Part shown: positions 33,355 to 33,511 of the stretch, in pieces
How positions within the stretch are numbered: position 1 is the first letter of the stretch
Layout: each line of letters starts with the position of its first letter
Origin: Nemertoderma westbladi
Lineage: Eukaryota > Animalia > Xenacoelomorpha
Assembly: GCA_032718475.1 (NCBI GenBank)
Contig: JAUCBJ010003756.1
Span: 1-33,511 of the forward strand
Direction: 5' to 3'
DNA: 33,511 nt
Program-made: the position numbers and the translations under genes
The notes under the pieces: generated by a model
What the model was told of the DNA's origin: nothing
Seen by the model: the letters and a program-made list of their open reading frames with translations, nothing else
The model's database searches: none

Positions 33355-33511
33355 CCCAGTCGAAATTGCCCCCCTGTAGAATACGCCCCCCCCCCCCCCC
33401 CCCCGGGCGTAATCGCCTAGCGCGTAATGACCCCCGGGTATACTCGCATAGCGCGTAATGACCCCCCGGGTATACTCGCCTAGCGCGTAATGACCCCCTT
33501 CCGCGCCAAAT
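33355..33511. repeat. GC-rich ~32-bp repeats, probably the terminus of another transposon running off the window
   Basis: GGG(T/C)..ACTCGC(C/A)TAGCGCGTAATGACCCCC about three times after a poly-C run. Confidence 0.55.

Overview
Repeat-rich eukaryotic (probably invertebrate animal) genomic DNA. One clear host gene is present: a 3-exon GDP-L-fucose synthase (GFUS/TSTA3) on the minus strand (33088->27492). Its last codons and stop codon form the terminal unit of a ~4.5 kb 20-bp satellite. The left end holds a head-to-tail tandem array of a 2392-bp unit. Each unit has a CCAAT/TATA promoter and an intronless gene for a single-zinc-finger, hyper-acidic, coiled-coil protein, flanked by 53-bp inverted repeats and followed by a variable-length array of a doubly palindromic 22-bp hairpin. 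This unit fits no element class I recognise and is the best candidate for an undescribed system. The rest is nested mobile DNA: a 5'-truncated RTE-like LINE and a 5'-truncated CRE-like RLE retrotransposon (both with TSDs), tRNA-derived SINEs, a Helentron-type non-autonomous element, hAT-type non-autonomous elements, a long-TIR element with an integrase fragment, BEL/Pao LTR remnants, MITEs and a 19-bp minisatellite. All calls are by eye; no database searches were run.
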